DNA from: an uncultured Methanosarcinales archaeon
GTDB lineage: Archaea > Nanobdellota > Nanobdellia > Woesearchaeales > CAYMBN01
Assembly: GCA_964388715.1 (NCBI GenBank)
Contig: CAYMBN010000001.1
Coordinates: 138,962-202,961, forward strand
DNA length: 64,000 nucleotides
Reading direction: 5' to 3'
Notes under the pieces: generated by a model
Databases searched by the model: none
The model's input: the letters and a program-made list of their open reading frames with translations, nothing else
Told to the model about the DNA's origin: nothing
In this document: piece by piece, positions 59,179 to 64,000 of the stretch
Layout of the letters: each line of letters opens with the position of its first letter
Position numbering within the stretch: position 1 is the first letter of the stretch
Position numbers and translations under genes: made by a program

Positions 59179-60615
59179 TTAATATGCTTTAGCAAAGTAA
59201 ATTTTATACTTAGCTTTTTCTGCGCAACGTACACATTTGCAATCTGGTTTGTCTGTTTCGTCTGGGATTACTCTTGTTGATGCTCCGCCTGTTTTTTCCT
59301 TGATCCAGTCTTCACATTCTGCACTTCCACAATGTGGTGCAAGTGTCATTTTCTTGTTTTTTATTGCATCGATTAAGTCTTGCATTGAGGAAACTTCTGT
59401 GATATTTTCTTCAAAGAATTTTTTTGATTTTTGATAGAGTGATTCGTGGATGTCATCAAGTGTTTTGTGTACTTCTTTGTTGATTTCTTTGATTTTTACT
59501 GAACGTTTTTCACCATTATCACGTCTAACAATAACACATTCATCTTTCATAACATCTTTTGGACCGATTTCAATTCTAATTGGGATTCCTTTTAGTTCCC
59601 AGTGATTGTATTTGAAACCTGCAGTGTATTCTTCTCTTGCGTCAACTTCTGTTCTGAAGTCTAGTAAAGAGTTTTGGATTTCTTTTGTTTTATCAAGAAC
59701 TTTTTCTTTTGAAGTGTCAAATATGATTGGTACAATAACTACTTGGATTGGAGCTAGTTTTGGTGGAAGTACTAATCCTTTATCATCACCATGTACTGCA
59801 ACCATGACACCAATCATTCTTGTTGTGATTGCCCATGTGTTTTGCCAAGCAAATTCTTGTTTTTCGTTCTTGTCTAAGAATTTGATGTTGAATGCTTTTG
59901 CAAAGTTTTGGCCGTCGTGGTGGAAGTCAGGTCCTTGGATTCCTTTTCCACTTGGAAGAAAATATTCAATTGAGTAAGTGTAAAGAGCTCCTGCAAACTT
60001 TTCTTTTTCTGATTTTCTTCCTGTTATACCATGCAGAGCCATGTAATCTTTTGTGACTTCTTGGTAAATTCCTAGGATTGGTTCTTTTTCAGCTTCTGCT
60101 TCTGCTTGTGTTGCGAAAACAGTGTGTCCTTCATTCCATAAAAATTCACGGGTTCTTAATAATGCAACAGGATGTTTAAATTCCCATCTTACTACATTGT
60201 TCCATTGATTGATTTTTAATGGTAAGTCACGATGTGAACGAATCCATTTTGCATAAGAATCATACATAATTGTTTCTGATGTTGGACGGACTGCTAAACG
60301 TTCGTCAAGTTTTGTTTTTCCTGAGTGAGTTACCCATGCAACTTCAGGTGCAAAACCTTCAACATGTTCTTGTTCTTTTACTAAAAGTGATTCTGGAATG
60401 AATAAAGGAAAGTAAGCGTTTTTTATTCCGAGTTTTTTGAAGCGTTTATCTGTTTCACTAACAATCATTTCCCAGATAGAGTAAAGATAAGGTCGAAAGA
60501 TCATACACCCAGAAACTTTTGAATAATCAGCAAGTTCTGATTTCAAAACTACTTGTTGATACCATTCAGAAAAGTTCTCTGATTTTTTTACTGTGATTCC
60601 TATTGTTTTTTCCAT
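59179..60615 (-). CDS. proS: Proline--tRNA ligase (archaeal/eukaryal type)
   Basis: FSEWY, RPTSET, QWNNVVRWE, RTREFLW, HGDDKGLVLPP, C-terminal AKAY. Confidence 0.98.
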   Translation of the reverse strand: MEKTIGITVKKSENFSEWYQQVVLKSELADYSKVSGCMIFRPYLYSIWEMIVSETDKRFKKLGIKNAYFPLFIPESLLVKEQEHVEGFAPEVAWVTHSGKTKLDERLAVRPTSETIMYDSYAKWIRSHRDLPLKINQWNNVVRWEFKHPVALLRTREFLWNEGHTVFATQAEAEAEKEPILGIYQEVTKDYMALHGITGRKSEKEKFAGALYTYSIEYFLPSGKGIQGPDFHHDGQNFAKAFNIKFLDKNEKQEFAWQNTWAITTRMIGVMVAVHGDDKGLVLPPKLAPIQVVIVPIIFDTSKEKVLDKTKEIQNSLLDFRTEVDAREEYTAGFKYNHWELKGIPIRIEIGPKDVMKDECVIVRRDNGEKRSVKIKEINKEVHKTLDDIHESLYQKSKKFFEENITEVSSMQDLIDAIKNKKMTLAPHCGSAECEDWIKEKTGGASTRVIPDETDKPDCKCVRCAEKAKYKIYFAKAY

Positions 60616-60658
60616 ACGTGGAAAGAAATAAAAGTTATTTATAAATGTAATGGTTTAT

Positions 60659-61600
60659 TTAATATTTCTCATCTAATCTTTCTAAAATCTTTACAGCAAC
60701 GTCTTGCATTGTTTCATTGCCTGGGTTTTGTTTGTGTACTTTGATCTCTTCGTAAAAATCATGTATGTAGATGAATCCATTTTCATTTTTTTCTCTATCG
60801 AGTTCTTTCTGAGCATTTGTGTAAGGTCTAAATGGTGGAGAGATAAAACCATTGTCCATTACTCTAACTAAATGTTCTTCAAAACAGGTTTGCCAACTAT
60901 TATAATACTTTATAGGATATTTTGGATGTTCTTTAACAAGATCAAATAAATGTTTTGTTTTGTCAATTTTATCTTTGATTACTTCAATGATTCTTTGTGC
61001 GTATGGATGAGAAGCTTCGTGTGCAGCAAATGAACCAAATTTTTCTAATTGAATATCACTTAAACCTGAACGATATCCAAGTAAAGGATATGAAGTACCA
61101 TCAATAGCAGGTCCAAAACCTTCTCTTGTTAGTGGAATATAAATGATGTCTGTATCAAAAGGATCATCTGTCTCCCATGCTTCCTCAACAGCTTGTTCAA
61201 TTTTTATTTTGTTAAGGTATTCTTGTAAAGGTTTACATTCTTCTTGGTATTCTGGTAATATTTTTTGATAGAATTCTTCAAAATCTGTGTTTTGAAGGAA
61301 ATGTTTTAATTGGGCTAAAACAACTCTTCCAATGTTTACATTTTCTCTTATTCTAGAGTTCATTTCTAAACCTTGTTTTTCAGAAAGATCTGGATTTAAA
61401 GTTAAGACATAACAGTAAGGATTCACATTATATTCAAAGGATTCTTTTTTTAATCCAAGTCCTTGATAGTCTTTGAAGTGTTCAACTGTTTTTTCCCAGA
61501 GTGTTCCTGCAGGAGGTTTTCTATCGACCATACCTAATGCATTAAGCATTGAAAATAGTAAGAATTGATTCTTGTCTGGGCGAACTGTTATTTTTGTCAT
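60659..61600 (-). CDS. DUF4932-like HExxH protein
   Basis: TDFEEFY, AHEASHPY, YYNSWQTCFEEHLVR, GFIYI. Confidence 0.7.
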   Translation of the reverse strand: MTKITVRPDKNQFLLFSMLNALGMVDRKPPAGTLWEKTVEHFKDYQGLGLKKESFEYNVNPYCYVLTLNPDLSEKQGLEMNSRIRENVNIGRVVLAQLKHFLQNTDFEEFYQKILPEYQEECKPLQEYLNKIKIEQAVEEAWETDDPFDTDIIYIPLTREGFGPAIDGTSYPLLGYRSGLSDIQLEKFGSFAAHEASHPYAQRIIEVIKDKIDKTKHLFDLVKEHPKYPIKYYNSWQTCFEEHLVRVMDNGFISPPFRPYTNAQKELDREKNENGFIYIHDFYEEIKVHKQNPGNETMQDVAVKILERLDEKY

Positions 61601-61743
61601 TTTTCTATAGGTTTTTCTAACTGATATTTAAATACCTGATTCACTTATATTTAAATCTTTCTCTTTTTTACTACTTATTGGTGATTAATTGCGAAAGATT
61701 TATATACTTAATATGTTTAATATATATTAGAGGTTGATAAAAA

Positions 61744-61866
61744 ATGGCTTACTTTAATCCTGACTTAGAAAAATCACAAAACAGTGTTGAGTATATAACA
61801 ATGATGAAGAACAGAAATAATTTTTCTGGAACTATTGGAAACTCAGCTGGAACAGTTACATTATAA
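61744..61866 (+). CDS. 40-aa small protein, not in ORF track
   Basis: BRE/TATA GCGAAAGATTTATATA, RBS GAGGTTGA, MAYFNPDLEKSQ...GTVTL. Confidence 0.55.
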   Translation: MAYFNPDLEKSQNSVEYITMMKNRNNFSGTIGNSAGTVTL

Positions 61867-61879
61867 TTATGTTAAAACA

Positions 61880-61938
61880 GCCCAAGAGGTGATTTAATTC
61901 TTTAAGCCCCTCACAAACCCCTAAACACTTTCTTGGGC
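61880..61938 (+). terminator. Long-loop hairpin followed by T-tract
   Basis: GCCCAAGA/TCTTGGGC, GGTG/CACT, TTTA/TAAA, then TTTTCTTTTT. Confidence 0.5.
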
Positions 61939-61955
61939 GTTTTCTTTTCTAAAAA

Positions 61956-63041
61956 TTAATCATTAGTTAATATCAAAACAGGAACTTCTTTACAAAGAAT
62001 GTATTCTTTTGGTGGTTTTCCAGGAATGTGTTTGTATCTTATTTCTAATGTTTGTATTGGTCTAACTTCTTTTGCTGTGAATAAATCCAAAGGTGAACCT
62101 GGGATGAATGCTCTTTGTGTTGCTTGATTAACATCTGCTGTTGTGTCTTGATATTGAGGATATCTTCTGCTTAATACAGGTTCAGGGAAGACCCTAAGAG
62201 TTTCTATAGGACCTAAAATTCGTTGTTGAAGGTTTTGTAGTCGCATACGTCTTATTTGTTTTGTAGTTAAACCATAAGGAATAAGGAACCCCCAAAAAAG
62301 ATTTGTTTTTTTAGGGTGTTGGTAAGTGATTAAAACAGAACTAAGACCATCTTTATTATATAGAGGAGAATCCTTTGCATCAAGATAATTTCTAAGGAAA
62401 ATTACTTGTCCACTTGGGAGTTTAACAAAAGGTTTTTCATCTGGGTCAACATCAGTGCGTATGTTAACTTCTTCATTAAGATAAAGATTAACAACAGAAT
62501 TAATTCCTCTTACATAAACAGAGGTGTTATAGAGGATTAAATCGTCTATGGTTAATGTTAATGTTTTTGATTCACCAATAAATACGCCTGTTAAATTATT
62601 ACCTTCTTGGATAATTCTTAATTTGTATTTTTTGTTTGGGTCATAGCTTTCAAAACGTTTTCTACGTAGAACTCCGTTTCTACAAAAAGCTTTGAAATAT
62701 TTTCCCCTTTTCTCGAGGTAAACTTCAACATCTTGGCCAACTTTAAGACGGACAGAACGATTATGTCTTCCTCTTTCTACTGCTTGTTGATATTTAGGAT
62801 CACGTAATTGTTCGATTTGTTTGTTTGTAAGATCATGTATGTTTTTTACAATTGCACAGTTTTTTTCAATTTTTGTAATGATAGCTGTTAGAGTTTTTTG
62901 TCTTTCTCCAAGTGGTTTTTTTTGGCTAATCACCCTTACAAAAGTACCTTTTCCGTCGAGAATATTACCAGTAGCTTCTCTACCATAATTTCTACGAATT
63001 CTAACGTTACATTGTTGTCCTAATTGATATTGTTGCTGCAT
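61956..63041 (-). CDS. Basic hypothetical protein, possible OB/TRAM-like repeats
   Basis: 361 aa, repeated YQLGQ/LKVGQ beta-rich segments. Confidence 0.6.
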   Translation of the reverse strand: MQQQYQLGQQCNVRIRRNYGREATGNILDGKGTFVRVISQKKPLGERQKTLTAIITKIEKNCAIVKNIHDLTNKQIEQLRDPKYQQAVERGRHNRSVRLKVGQDVEVYLEKRGKYFKAFCRNGVLRRKRFESYDPNKKYKLRIIQEGNNLTGVFIGESKTLTLTIDDLILYNTSVYVRGINSVVNLYLNEEVNIRTDVDPDEKPFVKLPSGQVIFLRNYLDAKDSPLYNKDGLSSVLITYQHPKKTNLFWGFLIPYGLTTKQIRRMRLQNLQQRILGPIETLRVFPEPVLSRRYPQYQDTTADVNQATQRAFIPGSPLDLFTAKEVRPIQTLEIRYKHIPGKPPKEYILCKEVPVLILTND

Positions 63042-63146
63042 AATTAGCTGTAGTTTTGATGTATTATATAAAATTTTTCATCAACTCTTTTTCTCGACGG
63101 TAAAATAACCGAAAAGTATATAAACTACATAGTGCCTAATAGAGTT

Positions 63147-63629
63147 ATGGCGTTTGTTAGAATCAAAAAGATACAAGGAAAAGAGTATGCATATAAGGTA
63201 TGGAATGTTTGGAGAAAGAGAAAACAGTCTTCTCGACAAAAACAGACAAAATACCTTGGGAAGCTCTATAAACCCAAAATTATAGGGAATCAGACGTTTC
63301 AGGAGTATGTTAAAGATGTTGAAGAGTATTTTGAGACTCACTTTTTCAAGGAAATTATTTATGATATGATAAAGGCTGAATTGAAGAATTTAGACGTTCC
63401 AGAGGCTGTAACCATAGATTTCCAAAGACACAAAGTGCACATTAAGGAGAGGAATGTGGTGTTGAAGATGAATGAAGGCTTCTTTTGTACTCTCACTTTT
63501 AGAGAATTGATTAATTTTAAGGGTTCTGGAATTGATAGACAAGTTGGTGAACAACTTGCAAAGAAACTTTTGGAAGTTGGATTAAAGGTTGAACCTGAGA
63601 TTTTTGTTCAATTATTCCAGAAAATATAG
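63147..63629 (+). CDS. Protein with N-terminus resembling IS1634-type transposase N-termini, no DDE domain
   Basis: MAFVRIKKIQGKEYAY...RQKQTKYLGK, only 160 aa. Confidence 0.65.
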   Translation: MAFVRIKKIQGKEYAYKVWNVWRKRKQSSRQKQTKYLGKLYKPKIIGNQTFQEYVKDVEEYFETHFFKEIIYDMIKAELKNLDVPEAVTIDFQRHKVHIKERNVVLKMNEGFFCTLTFRELINFKGSGIDRQVGEQLAKKLLEVGLKVEPEIFVQLFQKI

Positions 63630-63655
63630 TGTAATGCTTTAAAACACGCATTACA
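63630..63655 (+). terminator. Hairpin directly after stop codon
   Basis: TGTAATGC-N10-GCATTACA. Confidence 0.4.
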
Positions 63656-64000
63656 GCCTTTCTAGTGCAAGAATTGATGTTTTTTGTGGTTTTTTTGATA
63701 CTTTTCCTTCTAACTCTGCTCTTTTTTGTTATTTTCCTCTAGATATCACTTTAACTCTCACTTTTTACACGTAAATACCCTATAAACAATTTTTTTCAAT
63801 ACTGCAAATATATTGTAGAATATATCTATTAAAACATATATTTACAAAAAAATATTTTCTAGAATTGGATAAAACTTTTAATCAATGATTATAATCAATT
63901 TTCTTGAAAGTAACTGAAAAAGCTTAAAATATTTAGTTTGTAGTTGGGCAAAATGCCTTACTATTATGGCACAAAACCGAAAGATTTATATAACAGCTTG

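Noticed and set aside
348..63341. Numerous short antisense or alternative-frame ORFs (e.g. 5293..5514, 11237..11563, 33319..33798, 49851..50336, 55904..56470)
   Set aside because: They are shadows of well-supported genes and carry no motifs of their own.
63147..63629. Active IS1634-family insertion sequence
   Set aside because: Too short, with no DDE catalytic domain and no terminal inverted repeats or target duplication found.
1..64000. CRISPR array, cas genes, rRNA, prophage or integrase
   Set aside because: No regularly spaced repeat-spacer units or recognisable motifs were seen. The palindromes are dispersed, not arrayed with unique spacers.

Overview
This is an AT-rich archaeal chromosomal segment. 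It carries rpS19e/L39e/L31e, Cdc6/Orc1, Cbf5, CarS, intron-containing tRNAs and BRE/TATA promoters, alongside bacterial-type MutS/MutL, MetK and CoaD/CoaE, a mix most consistent with a DPANN (Woesearchaeota-like) genome (inference). It holds housekeeping genes, a type IV pilus locus with six class III signal-peptide genes and an adjacent KaiC module, two 'swivel-domain-only' PEP-utilizer proteins and many hypotheticals. The pilus ATPase has one in-frame TAG. Not shown in the ORF track: (1) a tRNA-Ile(GAT) with three introns, whose 3' end is duplicated about 830 bp away around a lone LAGLIDADG gene with no integrase; (2) a two-intron tRNA-Asn(GTT); (3) a dispersed family of short, modular triloop palindromes with compensatory changes, found next to promoters, in frame twice in the rpS19e tail, and forming both tRNA-Asn introns. 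That repeat family is the strongest candidate for an undescribed system. Also seen: rpL39e, a 32-aa mini-pilin, a MITE-like inverted-repeat element and two candidate operators. All calls come from reading the sequence; no database searches were run.
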